Notes under the pieces: model-generated | What the model saw: only the letters and a program-made list of their open reading frames with translations | Told to the model about the DNA's origin: nothing | Databases searched by the model: none | Translations under genes and position numbers: made by a program | From: Bacteroidota bacterium | GTDB taxonomy: Bacteria; Bacteroidota; Bacteroidia; Chitinophagales; Chitinophagaceae | Assembly (NCBI GenBank): GCA_016868775.1 | Contig: VGFT01000002.1 | Location: forward strand, 195,830-259,829 | Length of the DNA stretch: 64,000 nt | Direction: 5' to 3' | Part shown: positions 38,782 to 48,359 of the stretch, piece after piece | Layout of the letters: the number at the start of each line of letters is the position of its first letter | Position numbering within the stretch: position 1 is the stretch's first letter

Positions 38782-39273
38782 ATGAATCATCTGCGAGACT
38801 GGATTTTGCCGGTGCTGGATTTTTTTTATCCGCCCTTTCGGCGGATATTTTCGAAGCAAACCTTTCGTTACGCTGCCAGTGGAGGGGCCAATGTGGTACT
38901 GGGTTTTTCGATCTACTCCGGAAGTTTTGAATACTTATTTAAAGGGCGTGTGTGGGACTTGGGTTTTTATGCCCTTCAGCCTCACTCAGCAGCTCTCTTT
39001 CTTTCATTTTGTGTGACTTTTCCGGTGGGGTTTTTCATGGCTAAGTATGTCGTTTTCCCAGACTCGTTTTTGTCGGGAAGGATTCAACTCTTTCGATATT
39101 TCTTGATCTGTCAATTCAATCTTTTTTTGAATTGGATTTTACTAAAAATCGGAGTCGAGTACCTGCAAATTCATCCGCTGCCCGCGCAGCTGATCACCAT
39201 TTCCGTAGTGGTGGCCGTAAGCTATCTGGCGCAGCTATATTTTTCATTTCGAAGCATTGGGGTTAAAGAGTGA
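38782..39273 (+). CDS. GtrA family membrane protein
   Basis: 'QTFRYAASGGAN', four TM segments, 'QLFRYF'. Confidence 0.8.
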   Translation: MNHLRDWILPVLDFFYPPFRRIFSKQTFRYAASGGANVVLGFSIYSGSFEYLFKGRVWDLGFYALQPHSAALFLSFCVTFPVGFFMAKYVVFPDSFLSGRIQLFRYFLICQFNLFLNWILLKIGVEYLQIHPLPAQLITISVVVAVSYLAQLYFSFRSIGVKE

Positions 39274-40654
39274 ATCGGGAAATATCTGCGGTGCAACGCA
39301 TTTGCCCATGTAGCCCAATTTGAACACTGAGTATGTCCGTTCGGTTTTCCCATCCAAGCCACTCCACACGATTTAGTTTCCCTGCACAGTTTACCGGGCC
39401 GGTTTCCGCTTCATTTAATTTTTCCTCGATCCATTTCTTTTGGGTGTTCATTTCGCTGGCCAGATCAAATTGAAAATTAGCTTCCAGCCACTTGCGTATG
39501 GGGCGATCGAACCATTTGGCCGCTTTGCCTAGAATGCCGTGCCGGGTCTTTAAGTCAAACTCGATTTCGGTTAACCGCAACAGGCCGCTGGCAGAATCCC
39601 ACACAGGTTTACCCGCCAACATCAGGATGCCGGCATATTTACCCGAGATATTTAGTTTGCAGGATATCCGGTCATCGCCAACACCCATCAAAGCCAGTGA
39701 ATCAATGTGCACTTTTCGCCGAAACGGTCCCTTTGAGGGTTTAACGCTCATGGGCAAGAAACTACGGTTCAAGACCTGGCTCAGCGAATCATACCGAAGG
39801 TCTACTGCCATTCGAATGGTGAAACTATCCGAGGCAGTGGGATTGTCCCATGTCGCCGGTAGAGCAGTCATGTATGCCTTGGGTACCGAACTAACCACTA
39901 CGGGTCTGGCTCGGAGTCCTACAGAAATATCCACGCTATCCCCTCTGGCGTTGATTTTGTTTAGGCTAAACCCAAGGGGACGAATCATCAGCCAACCGTA
40001 TGCTCCCATCGCAACCGGGCGACTCATCTTATTCCAGGTCTCAATTAAATGAGGTTTCAGATCGATTACGCCGTATTGTTGCTCCAAGTCCTTTTTGGTA
40101 GCTAGCTGCTCCTCCCATATTCCGTTCATCACGTCTCGCGTGATGTCCTGCTCCCAAAGGCACACCTTACAGGAATTGATCGGCTGGGGTGCCTCCGGCT
40201 GGATCTTCAATTGCAGCTGGTAAGTTGGAAGAACCGTGAGCGTATTAAAAAAGCGCATCTCCACTTTTCGTGGCCCCTCTGAATAGCCACAACGACAGGA
40301 GGGCGACCAGGGACTTATTACCACCTTCCTCAGACATACACGAGTAGACCCCTCCACTTGGTAATTTCCGGAAAATGCCAGATCCAGGGTTTGTCCGCTC
40401 GCCTTAAGCCGAAGCGGACCTCTCCAGAATTTATATTTATACCGAAGGTCGCAGCCCTTTTGTACCCAACCCTCCGGATATCCTTCCGATAAAAACACCG
40501 TATCTACCGATCGTTCGATCCACTCATAAAAAGGCTTCAAGGATAGCTGCAACGGAATATTTATTTCCGATGCGGCAACCTCACTTAACTGACCCTGAGT
40601 AAACAAGGGGAGCACGATGGACAGCACCAGGGGAAAAAAGGTTTTCTTGAACAT
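39263..40654 (-). CDS. DUF4403-like secreted protein
   Basis: Signal peptide; beta-rich elongated fold pattern ('INIPLQLSL', 'WRGPL', 'GILMLAGKPVWD'). Family call is by recalled similarity. Confidence 0.6.
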   Translation of the reverse strand: MFKKTFFPLVLSIVLPLFTQGQLSEVAASEINIPLQLSLKPFYEWIERSVDTVFLSEGYPEGWVQKGCDLRYKYKFWRGPLRLKASGQTLDLAFSGNYQVEGSTRVCLRKVVISPWSPSCRCGYSEGPRKVEMRFFNTLTVLPTYQLQLKIQPEAPQPINSCKVCLWEQDITRDVMNGIWEEQLATKKDLEQQYGVIDLKPHLIETWNKMSRPVAMGAYGWLMIRPLGFSLNKINARGDSVDISVGLRARPVVVSSVPKAYMTALPATWDNPTASDSFTIRMAVDLRYDSLSQVLNRSFLPMSVKPSKGPFRRKVHIDSLALMGVGDDRISCKLNISGKYAGILMLAGKPVWDSASGLLRLTEIEFDLKTRHGILGKAAKWFDRPIRKWLEANFQFDLASEMNTQKKWIEEKLNEAETGPVNCAGKLNRVEWLGWENRTDILSVQIGLHGQMRCTADISRFTL

Positions 40655-40838
40655 GACCCAAAAGTATCGCGCTGAGTGATCCCCTTGGTCATCCAAATTG
40701 ACATTTTGCCGTTAAAATGCTTTGCCTGACTCAAGTTGGCTGACTTTTTGCTCTTCTGAAGGGGAAGACTGCCATTTTTTCACCCTGAATTCGTTCGGCA
40801 CGGTGATTGAACAATGAATTCCGTAAAACTTATAAAAC

Positions 40839-42737
40839 ATGGGAAAAATAATCGGTATTGACCTTGGTACTACCAATAGCTGTGTATCGGTCATGGAAGG
40901 GAATGAACCGGTTGTCATTGCAAACGACGAAGGGCGTCGAACAACCCCCTCCGTGGTCGCTTTTCTGAAAAATGGCGAACGCAAAGTGGGCGATCCAGCC
41001 AAGCGTCAGGCGATCACAAATCCTCAAAATACGATTGCGTCCGTCAAGCGGTTTATGGGACGTCGATTCGACGAAGTAACCGAGGAGATCAGCCATTGGA
41101 GTTATAAAGTGGCCCAAGGAGATAATAATACAGTTCGTATTGACATCGACGGCCGTCTGTATACCCCCCAAGAGATCTCAGCCATGGTTTTACAGAAAAT
41201 GAAAAAGACCGCGGAGGACTACTTGGGGCACGAAGTGACCGAGGCCGTTATCACGGTTCCGGCTTATTTCAATGACGCCCAGCGTCAGGCTACAAAAGAA
41301 GCCGGAGAGATCGCCGGACTCAACGTGCGCCGCATCGTAAACGAACCTACGGCTGCTGCCCTGGCCTATGGATTGGACAAGGCCAAAAACGATCAGAAGA
41401 TCGCGGTGTTCGACCTGGGCGGTGGAACCTTCGATATCTCCGTGCTGGAATTGGGCGATGGCGTGTTTGAAGTGAAATCCACCAACGGCGATACCCATTT
41501 GGGAGGAGACGATTTTGATAAAGTAGTGATGGATTGGCTGGCCGAGGAATTCAAAAAAGATGAATCGATCGACCTGCGCAAAGACCCCATGGCGCTTCAG
41601 CGTCTTAAAGAAGCAGCTGAAAAGGCAAAGATCGAACTGTCCTCTTCCTCCGAGACAGAGATCAACCTCCCCTATATTACCGCAGTTGATGGCGTGCCCA
41701 AGCACCTGGTAAAAAAACTGAGCCGCGCCAAATTCGAACAATTGGCTGATAATCTTTTTGCCCGCTGTTTAAGACCTTGCGAGGCAGCCCTCAAAGACGC
41801 GGGACTCTCCGCATCTCAGATTGACGAAGTGATCTTGGTGGGCGGTTCCACCCGCATCCCCAAGGTGCAAGAGATCGTCGAAAAATTCTTTGGCAAAAAA
41901 CCCAATCGCGGCGTAAATCCCGATGAGGTGGTTGCCATCGGAGCTGCTATTCAAGGCGCCGTACTCACAGGCGAAGTGAAAGATGTATTGCTGCTGGACG
42001 TAACCCCGCTTTCCTTGGGTATCGAAACCATGGGCGGTGTGATGACTGCCTTGATTCCCTCCAACACCACGATTCCAACGAAGAAATCCGAAGTCTTCTC
42101 CACCGCGAGCGACAACCAGCCAGGCGTACAGATCCACGTTCTACAAGGAGAACGAGCCATGTCCAAAGACAACAAGAGCCTGGGAATTTTTAACCTGGAT
42201 GGCATCCCGCCTGCACCCCGCGGCGTACCGCAGATCGAGGTTACATTCGACATCGATGCCAATGGCATCTTGCACGTAACGGCCAAGGATAAAGGTACCG
42301 GCAAAGAGCAAAAGATACACATTGAAGCCGGTTCCGGTCTCAGCAAAGAAGAAGTGGAGCGCATGAAGGCCGAGGCCAAGGCCAATGAATCGGCCGACAA
42401 AGCTGAAAAGGAAAAGATCGAAAAGCTCAATCAGGCAGATAGCCTGGTGTTCCAAACCGAGAAACAACTCAAGGAATACGGAGATAAGATCCCCGCAGAA
42501 AAGAAATCGGCGATCGAAACCGCGGCCGCCCAACTGAAGAGCGCGCATGAATCCAAAGACATCGCAGCCATCGACTCTGCCATGGCAGCCCTGAATGCCG
42601 CTTGGACGGCCGCTTCTGAGGATATGTACAAGCAGACTCAGGGAGCCCCGGGAACCGAAGCGCCCAGCGGTGAAGCCGGCAGCGGATCAACCGCCACCGA
42701 TGATGTGACCGACGTTCCGTACGAGGAAGTAAAATGA
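40839..42737 (+). CDS. dnaK: Chaperone DnaK
   Basis: 'GIDLGTTNS', 'TVPAYFND', 'DLGGGTFD', 'NPDEVVA'. Confidence 0.99.
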   Translation: MGKIIGIDLGTTNSCVSVMEGNEPVVIANDEGRRTTPSVVAFLKNGERKVGDPAKRQAITNPQNTIASVKRFMGRRFDEVTEEISHWSYKVAQGDNNTVRIDIDGRLYTPQEISAMVLQKMKKTAEDYLGHEVTEAVITVPAYFNDAQRQATKEAGEIAGLNVRRIVNEPTAAALAYGLDKAKNDQKIAVFDLGGGTFDISVLELGDGVFEVKSTNGDTHLGGDDFDKVVMDWLAEEFKKDESIDLRKDPMALQRLKEAAEKAKIELSSSSETEINLPYITAVDGVPKHLVKKLSRAKFEQLADNLFARCLRPCEAALKDAGLSASQIDEVILVGGSTRIPKVQEIVEKFFGKKPNRGVNPDEVVAIGAAIQGAVLTGEVKDVLLLDVTPLSLGIETMGGVMTALIPSNTTIPTKKSEVFSTASDNQPGVQIHVLQGERAMSKDNKSLGIFNLDGIPPAPRGVPQIEVTFDIDANGILHVTAKDKGTGKEQKIHIEAGSGLSKEEVERMKAEAKANESADKAEKEKIEKLNQADSLVFQTEKQLKEYGDKIPAEKKSAIETAAAQLKSAHESKDIAAIDSAMAALNAAWTAASEDMYKQTQGAPGTEAPSGEAGSGSTATDDVTDVPYEEVK

Positions 42738-42756
42738 CCTACGTAAATCGAAGTCA

Positions 42757-42787
42757 GTCCCCCCTGTCATTCAGGGGGGACTTTTTT
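42757..42787 (+). terminator. Intrinsic terminator after dnaK
   Basis: GTCCCCCCTG-TCATT-CAGGGGGGAC followed by T6. Confidence 0.9.
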
Positions 42788-42848
42788 ATGTCCGTATGCC
42801 TTTAAAAAAAGATATTTTTGTTGCTGCATTCATTAAAACTCCATTCCG

Positions 42849-44249
42849 ATGACGAATTCTTACCTCGACCTAGTCAAGCAAACCTTTAATTTTCCCCAGG
42901 AGGGGATCGAGGTGGAGGAGGGGAATTTGATCTTCAACGGACTCGACCTGAAGGAGCTGATTGCCAAGCACGGCACGCCTTTGAAGTTGACCTATCTGCC
43001 CAAGATCGGTATGCAGATCAAGAAGGCCAAGCAAATGTTCTCGGCCGCATTCAAAAAACATAAATACGAGGGAAAATATTTTTATTGCTATTGCACCAAG
43101 AGTTCTCATTTTAGTTTCGTTGTGGAGGAAGCCTTGAAAAATGAAGTCCATCTGGAAACTTCCTATGCCTACGACATCGAGATCATCAAAAAGCTATACG
43201 CCAAGAAAAAGATCAACAAAGACATACACATCATCTGTAACGGGTTCAAGCAAAAAGGATACACCCGCCGGATCGCGAATTTGCTGAACAGCGGTTTTCA
43301 CAACGTGATCCCCATTCTCGATAACAAAGAGGAGTTGAAGGATTATGCGCAGTCGGTAAAAGTTCCCTTCAAGCTGGGCATACGGGTGGCCGCCGAAGAG
43401 GAGCCCAATTTTCCTTTTTACACTTCTCGATTGGGTATCCGCGCTCAAGATATCCTGGAGTTCTATGTAGATCGCATCGAAGGCTATGAATCCAAATTTC
43501 AGCTCAAGATGCTCCACATCTTCCTGAATAAAGGCATCAAGGATGATATTTATTACTGGAGTGAGCTCAACAAGGTGGTCAACCTTTATTGCCGGTTGAA
43601 AAAGATCTGCCCCGAACTCGACTCGATCAACATTGGTGGCGGATTTCCCATCAAACACAACCTGGGCTTTGAGTACGATTACCAGTTTATGATCAACGAG
43701 ATCGTGGGCAATATCAAAGCCGCCTGTAAAAAAGCCAAAGTGCCTATGCCAAACATTTACACCGAGTTTGGCAGTTATACTGTAGGGGAGAGCATGGCGC
43801 ATATCTATTGCGTCATCGCCGAAAAAGTCCAGAACGACCGGGAGACCTGGTACATGATCGATTCTTCTTTCATCACCACACTGCCCGACACCTGGGGTAT
43901 CGGAGAAAAGTTCCTCTTACTGCCCGTGAATAAATGGGAATCCGAGTATCAGCGCGTTGTGTTGGGTGGCATCACGTGCGATAGCCACGATTATTACGAT
44001 TCAGAGGAACATATCAACGAAGTTTTCCTACCCAAAACCAGCGGAGGAGAGGAGCCACTCTATGTGGGCTTTTTTCATACCGGTGCCTACCAGGATCAGA
44101 TCAGCGGCTACGGGGGAATCAAACATTGTCTGATCCCCTCTCCCAAACACGTGATCGTTGGTTACGACCGAAACGGGAAACTCACCGACTGGGTCTATGC
44201 CAAGCAACAAACGGCCCAAAGCATGCTTAAAATTCTTGGGTATAAATAA
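42849..44249 (+). CDS. speA: Arginine decarboxylase (PLP fold III, Bacteroidota short form)
   Basis: 'YCYCTKSSH', 'SRLGIR', 'NIGGGFP', 'EFGSYTV', 'GGITCDSHDYY', 'TGAYQ'. Confidence 0.85.
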   Translation: MTNSYLDLVKQTFNFPQEGIEVEEGNLIFNGLDLKELIAKHGTPLKLTYLPKIGMQIKKAKQMFSAAFKKHKYEGKYFYCYCTKSSHFSFVVEEALKNEVHLETSYAYDIEIIKKLYAKKKINKDIHIICNGFKQKGYTRRIANLLNSGFHNVIPILDNKEELKDYAQSVKVPFKLGIRVAAEEEPNFPFYTSRLGIRAQDILEFYVDRIEGYESKFQLKMLHIFLNKGIKDDIYYWSELNKVVNLYCRLKKICPELDSINIGGGFPIKHNLGFEYDYQFMINEIVGNIKAACKKAKVPMPNIYTEFGSYTVGESMAHIYCVIAEKVQNDRETWYMIDSSFITTLPDTWGIGEKFLLLPVNKWESEYQRVVLGGITCDSHDYYDSEEHINEVFLPKTSGGEEPLYVGFFHTGAYQDQISGYGGIKHCLIPSPKHVIVGYDRNGKLTDWVYAKQQTAQSMLKILGYK

Positions 44250-44256
44250 TCGATAC

Positions 44257-44712
44257 ATGCGCATACTGGTCCTGCTGTTTTTTTTACTGCCAGCGTTGGA
44301 ACTTCATTCCCAAACAGCCGAGGATTCCGTTCGGCAGGTGATCATCAATTTCTTCTCAGCCATGAAATCTTCCGATACGGCCCGTATGCGGACGGTACTG
44401 AGTCCGACTATTCACATGGAAGCAACGCAGACTCGTCCCAATGCAACTCCGGTATTGGCGCAGGTTTCCGTTACCGATTTTTTGGGAAGTGTGGCCAGAA
44501 CGCCTGCCGGGGCGCTGGATGAACGCATCGAATTTGAAGTAGTGAAAACGGATGGTCCTCTTGCGATCGTCTGGACGCCTTATCAGTTTTATTTTAACGG
44601 ACGATATAGTCATTGCGGGGTGAATTCTTTTCAACTGATCCGCCAGCAAGGAAAATGGCAGATCCAATACCTGATCGATACCCGTCGAAAGGAATGCTCC
44701 CCGGCCAACTAA
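44257..44712 (+). CDS. NTF2-like (lumazine-binding-like) secreted protein
   Basis: Signal peptide; 'LDERI', 'LAIVWTPYQFY', 'HCGVNSFQL', 'IDTRR'. Confidence 0.8.
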   Translation: MRILVLLFFLLPALELHSQTAEDSVRQVIINFFSAMKSSDTARMRTVLSPTIHMEATQTRPNATPVLAQVSVTDFLGSVARTPAGALDERIEFEVVKTDGPLAIVWTPYQFYFNGRYSHCGVNSFQLIRQQGKWQIQYLIDTRRKECSPAN

Positions 44713-44722
44713 TTTTTATGCT

Positions 44723-45979
44723 ATGGAATCACGTGTGATCCACAAAAGCTGGTTATGCTGTTTTTTCCAATTGCTGGTGCTGCTTTCTTTTGGGCAGTCG
44801 CCCGTTTCCTTACAGTTGCCCCCTGGATTTAAGGCTACACAAGTGGCGGCGGATTGGGGAAGGGTCCGGCACATCGCCGTTGGCCGAAACGGAGTTTTAT
44901 ATATGAAACTGGAGCGATTGAAAAATGGTTTTGGAATCGTTCGGTTGCGGGACAAAAACAATGATGGACTTTACGACGACACGTTGACGTTTGGAAATTA
45001 TGTGGGTACGGGTATTGCGCTCGACGATCAATACCTCTACGCCTCCTCCAATCAGGCCGTGTATCGATACATGCTGAATGCACTGCAGGATCCGGTAGAT
45101 CCCCAGAACCCGGAACGGATCGTTCAGGGTTTGGTGGATAAAGGACAACATGCCTCCAAATCTATCACTCTTGACGGCAAAGGCTTTGTGTACGTGAATA
45201 TCGGAGCCCCATCCAATGTTTGTCAGGTTCGCGACCGGTTCCAAGGCTCACCGGGTATGATGCCCTGCACCTTGCTTGATTCTGCAGGAGGCATTTGGCA
45301 ATTTCGGACCGACAAGCTCGATCAGTCTTACGGCGAGGGGGTTCGGTATGCCACGGGATTTAGAAACGTAGTGGGGTTGGACTGGAATCCCTTCGTCAAG
45401 GATCTTTTTGTGACCGTGCATGGTCGCGACATGTTGCACCAGCATTACCCGTCGATGTATGATGCCAAACTGGGAGCAGAACTGCCTGCCGAAACTTTTT
45501 ATCGGATTCCCAAAGGAGCCGATGGCGGATGGCCGTATGTTTATTGGGATCAATTTCAAAAAAAGAAAATTTTATCGCCGGAATATGGCGGCGATGGTAA
45601 AAAAGAGGGTGCTCCCGGAGCGCTGGATCCGTTGATGGGGTTTCCTGGTCATTTAGCCCCAAATTCCTTGCTTTTTTATCGGGGCGATCAATTCCCGAAA
45701 AAATATCAGGAAGGAGCTTTTATTGCCTTTCATGGTAGCTGGAACCGAAGTCCGGAAATACAAGAGGGTTTTTATGTCGTTTTTGTGCCCATGAAGGGGG
45801 GGGAGGTAACGGGCGACTGGGAAATATTCGCCGACGGATTTACCGGTCAAGGAAAGGTGGCAAACCCCCGAGATGCACAACATCGGCCCTGTGGGTTGGC
45901 AATGGGACCTGACGGATCAATATATGTTTCCGACGATGCGCGGGGCATGGTCTGGAAGATCGAGTACAAAGGGAAATGA
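44723..45979 (+). CDS. PQQ-dependent sugar / sorbosone dehydrogenase family protein
   Basis: Beta-propeller motifs 'GQHASK', 'ATGFRNVVG', 'HGSWNRS', 'RPCGLAMGPDGSIYVSDD'. Confidence 0.88.
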   Translation: MESRVIHKSWLCCFFQLLVLLSFGQSPVSLQLPPGFKATQVAADWGRVRHIAVGRNGVLYMKLERLKNGFGIVRLRDKNNDGLYDDTLTFGNYVGTGIALDDQYLYASSNQAVYRYMLNALQDPVDPQNPERIVQGLVDKGQHASKSITLDGKGFVYVNIGAPSNVCQVRDRFQGSPGMMPCTLLDSAGGIWQFRTDKLDQSYGEGVRYATGFRNVVGLDWNPFVKDLFVTVHGRDMLHQHYPSMYDAKLGAELPAETFYRIPKGADGGWPYVYWDQFQKKKILSPEYGGDGKKEGAPGALDPLMGFPGHLAPNSLLFYRGDQFPKKYQEGAFIAFHGSWNRSPEIQEGFYVVFVPMKGGEVTGDWEIFADGFTGQGKVANPRDAQHRPCGLAMGPDGSIYVSDDARGMVWKIEYKGK

Positions 45980-46395
45980 AAAAAGAACTGATTCAGATAT
46001 GTCTGTTGGTATGGAGCCTTGTGCTGGGAATTGAAGTCTCGTCGCAGCGAGACAAGGAACCAACCTACAAACGAGGTGCGGCGCTTTATCAGCAACATTG
46101 TGCCTCCTGTCATCAATCGGACGGCAAAGGAGTAACTCGGTTGATCCCTCCACTGGTTGGAACAGATTATGTCTCTGGGGATAAGGGTAGATTGATCCGA
46201 ATTCTTTTGCAGGGCCTAAATGAACCAATTGTAGTGCAGGAAGAGGAGTATTACAGTCCCATGGCCTCGTTCCAACACCTGAACGACATCCAGCTAGCCG
46301 ATATCCTATCATTTGTGCGGACGCGGTTTGGTAGCGGAGCATCTTTTGTCACTCCCAAAGAAGTGCAGCAACAACGCAAAAAGCTCCCAAAATAA
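45976..46395 (+). CDS. Monoheme cytochrome c
   Basis: Signal peptide; 'CASCH' heme motif, 'PPL', 'PMASF'; ATGA overlap with the upstream gene. Confidence 0.92.
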   Translation: MKKELIQICLLVWSLVLGIEVSSQRDKEPTYKRGAALYQQHCASCHQSDGKGVTRLIPPLVGTDYVSGDKGRLIRILLQGLNEPIVVQEEEYYSPMASFQHLNDIQLADILSFVRTRFGSGASFVTPKEVQQQRKKLPK

Positions 46396-46422
46396 AAACC
46401 CTCCGTGGAAACGGAGGGTTTT
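46393..46422. terminator. Bidirectional intrinsic terminator
   Basis: AAAACCCTCCGT-GGAA-ACGGAGGGTTTT, with T runs on both strands (longer on the minus strand). Confidence 0.85.
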
Positions 46423-46609
46423 AACCAAAACCAACTGCTTATGAGAAAGAGATCGTTTGTTTTCTGATACAATAGATGTATAGTTAACGCCAACCTTTGC
46501 AGAACGATACGTTGCGAGTTGCAAAACTTTTGTGAAAGGATTTTGGAATCGATCGACTTCAGTTAGTCAGGTAGCCTCTTTTTGAATTATCTTTGCGAAA
46601 AATAGTACG

Positions 46610-47023
46610 ATGTATCCTCCTGAAATAGTTATTCCAATGAAGGAAGAGTTGACCGAAAAAGGTTTTTCGGAGCTCTTGACACCGGCCGCCGTTGAAGCAC
46701 AAATGAGCAAAGCGGGTTCTACACTGGTTATGATCAATTCGGTTTGTGGTTGCTCAGCCGGAACCGCTCGTCCGGGAGTGCTCGATGCAGTAATGGGTGC
46801 CGGAAAGAAACCCGATTACCTCACCACTGCCTTTGCCGGATTTGACATCGATGCGGTGAAAGCCGTGCGGGATCATTTGAAACCTTACCCGCCGTCCTCA
46901 CCGGCCATCGCCCTGTTCAAGGATGGACAGTTGGTTCATTATATTGAAAGACATCAGATCGAGGGCCGCTCGGCAGGTATGATCGCCGAAAATCTTCGGG
47001 CTGCATTTGAGACTTACTGCTGA
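46610..47023 (+). CDS. BrxA/BrxB family bacilliredoxin
   Basis: 'NSVCGCSAG' CGC motif, 'TAFAGFD', 'PSSPAIALFKDG', 'IEGR'. TATCTTTG box 14 nt upstream. Confidence 0.92.
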   Translation: MYPPEIVIPMKEELTEKGFSELLTPAAVEAQMSKAGSTLVMINSVCGCSAGTARPGVLDAVMGAGKKPDYLTTAFAGFDIDAVKAVRDHLKPYPPSSPAIALFKDGQLVHYIERHQIEGRSAGMIAENLRAAFETYC

Positions 47024-47052
47024 TCAAGACAGCTTTCGTACCTTCCCGCCTG

Positions 47053-48210
47053 ATGTATCCAAATCTCTATTACGCCTTTAAAGACCTCTTTGGGCTCGAT
47101 CTGCCCTTCCTGCGTTTTGTCAATACGTTTGGATTTTTCGTAGCGATCGCTTTTCTGTTGGCTGCCTGGGTTCTTTCCAATGAGCTGTCTCGAAAAAGCA
47201 AGGCCGGCTTGTTTCAGCCTACTGAAACCGAAATCCTGATCGGTGAACCGGCCGGCTGGGGAGAGTTGCTCAGCAATTTTCTCATCGGATTCCTTTTTGG
47301 GTTCAAATTGCTGGCGTTGTTTTTTCTGAATGAAGAGATCACGGCCGATCCGCAGGCTTTTTTGTTTTCAAGGGAGGGGAGCTGGCCATTGGGACTATTG
47401 ATCGGGGCCTTATTCACCTTTCTTAAATGGAGAGAGAAAAATCAACGAAAACTCGATAAGCCAGAGAAACGAATCATTCGGATCTGGCCTCAAGACCGGG
47501 TAGGGGAGATCACCATGCTGGCCCTGATATTTGGTTTATTGGGCGCCAAAATCTTCTCCATCTTTGAAGATTGGAATAGTTTCACACAAGATCCGCTGGG
47601 TACTTTCTTTTCACCGGCCGGACTAACCATGTACGGTGGACTGATCTGTGCGGCCATCGCTATTTGGGTCTATGCCCGCAAAAATCAAATCTCCATTCAC
47701 AACCTGAATGATGCCGCAGCACCGGGATTGATGCTCGCCTACGGGGTGGGCAGACTCGGCTGTCATTTTGCAGGCGACGGCGATTGGGGCATACCCAGTA
47801 AGCTGAGCGAAAAGCCCGGTTTTCTGCCCGATTGGCTTTGGTCCTCCCATTACGCACACAATGTCCTAAAGATGGATACCCCCTTGCCGGCATGCGATCC
47901 GAACATGTGGGGGGAGTATTGCTATCAGTTGGGACTGGCTGCCTACCCCACACCACTTTACGAGGCAATTACTTGTATATTCCTTTTTGGAATCCTGATG
48001 CTGCTGCGAAATAAAGTGAATATTCCTGGAAGAATATTCTCTATCTACTTGATATTTAATGGACTAGAGCGTTTTTTGATAGAAAAAATACGAGTCAACA
48101 ACCGACTGGATCTTTTTGGTTTTCATCCAACACAGGCGGAAGTTATTTCCAGTACCCTAATTTTTGCCGGTTTGTTTCTTTGGTTCTGGCAGGGTAGAAG
48201 GAAGTCCTGA
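47053..48210 (+). CDS. lgt: Prolipoprotein diacylglyceryl transferase (enlarged form)
   Basis: 'GLLGAKI', 'GLTMYGGL', 'GRLGCHFAGDG', 'PTPLYE', 'ERFLIEKIR'. Confidence 0.9.
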   Translation: MYPNLYYAFKDLFGLDLPFLRFVNTFGFFVAIAFLLAAWVLSNELSRKSKAGLFQPTETEILIGEPAGWGELLSNFLIGFLFGFKLLALFFLNEEITADPQAFLFSREGSWPLGLLIGALFTFLKWREKNQRKLDKPEKRIIRIWPQDRVGEITMLALIFGLLGAKIFSIFEDWNSFTQDPLGTFFSPAGLTMYGGLICAAIAIWVYARKNQISIHNLNDAAAPGLMLAYGVGRLGCHFAGDGDWGIPSKLSEKPGFLPDWLWSSHYAHNVLKMDTPLPACDPNMWGEYCYQLGLAAYPTPLYEAITCIFLFGILMLLRNKVNIPGRIFSIYLIFNGLERFLIEKIRVNNRLDLFGFHPTQAEVISSTLIFAGLFLWFWQGRRKS

Positions 48211-48359
48211 CAGCAGTCAACCCCACCCGGCATTTTTCCCCTCGCGCTTTTTTCGTTAATTTTGCACTTGATCATCAAACGTTTATTTTTTGATGTTCAT
48301 GCAACGTTCCTACAACTTTTTTGGTCAGTTAACGTTGATAGACTAACCCACATCGATCC

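Noticed and set aside
40830-42690. Long antisense ORFs opposite dnaK (e.g. 41190-41741, 41951-42430, 42141-42548)
   Set aside because: Well-known shadow ORFs caused by the codon bias of dnaK; they have no independent promoter or domain signal.
46251-46524. Minus-strand ORFs 46251-46493 and 46309-46524 as proteins
   Set aside because: They have TTG starts, run through a terminator into the cytochrome c gene, and have no protein-like features. The region is treated as an sRNA candidate instead.
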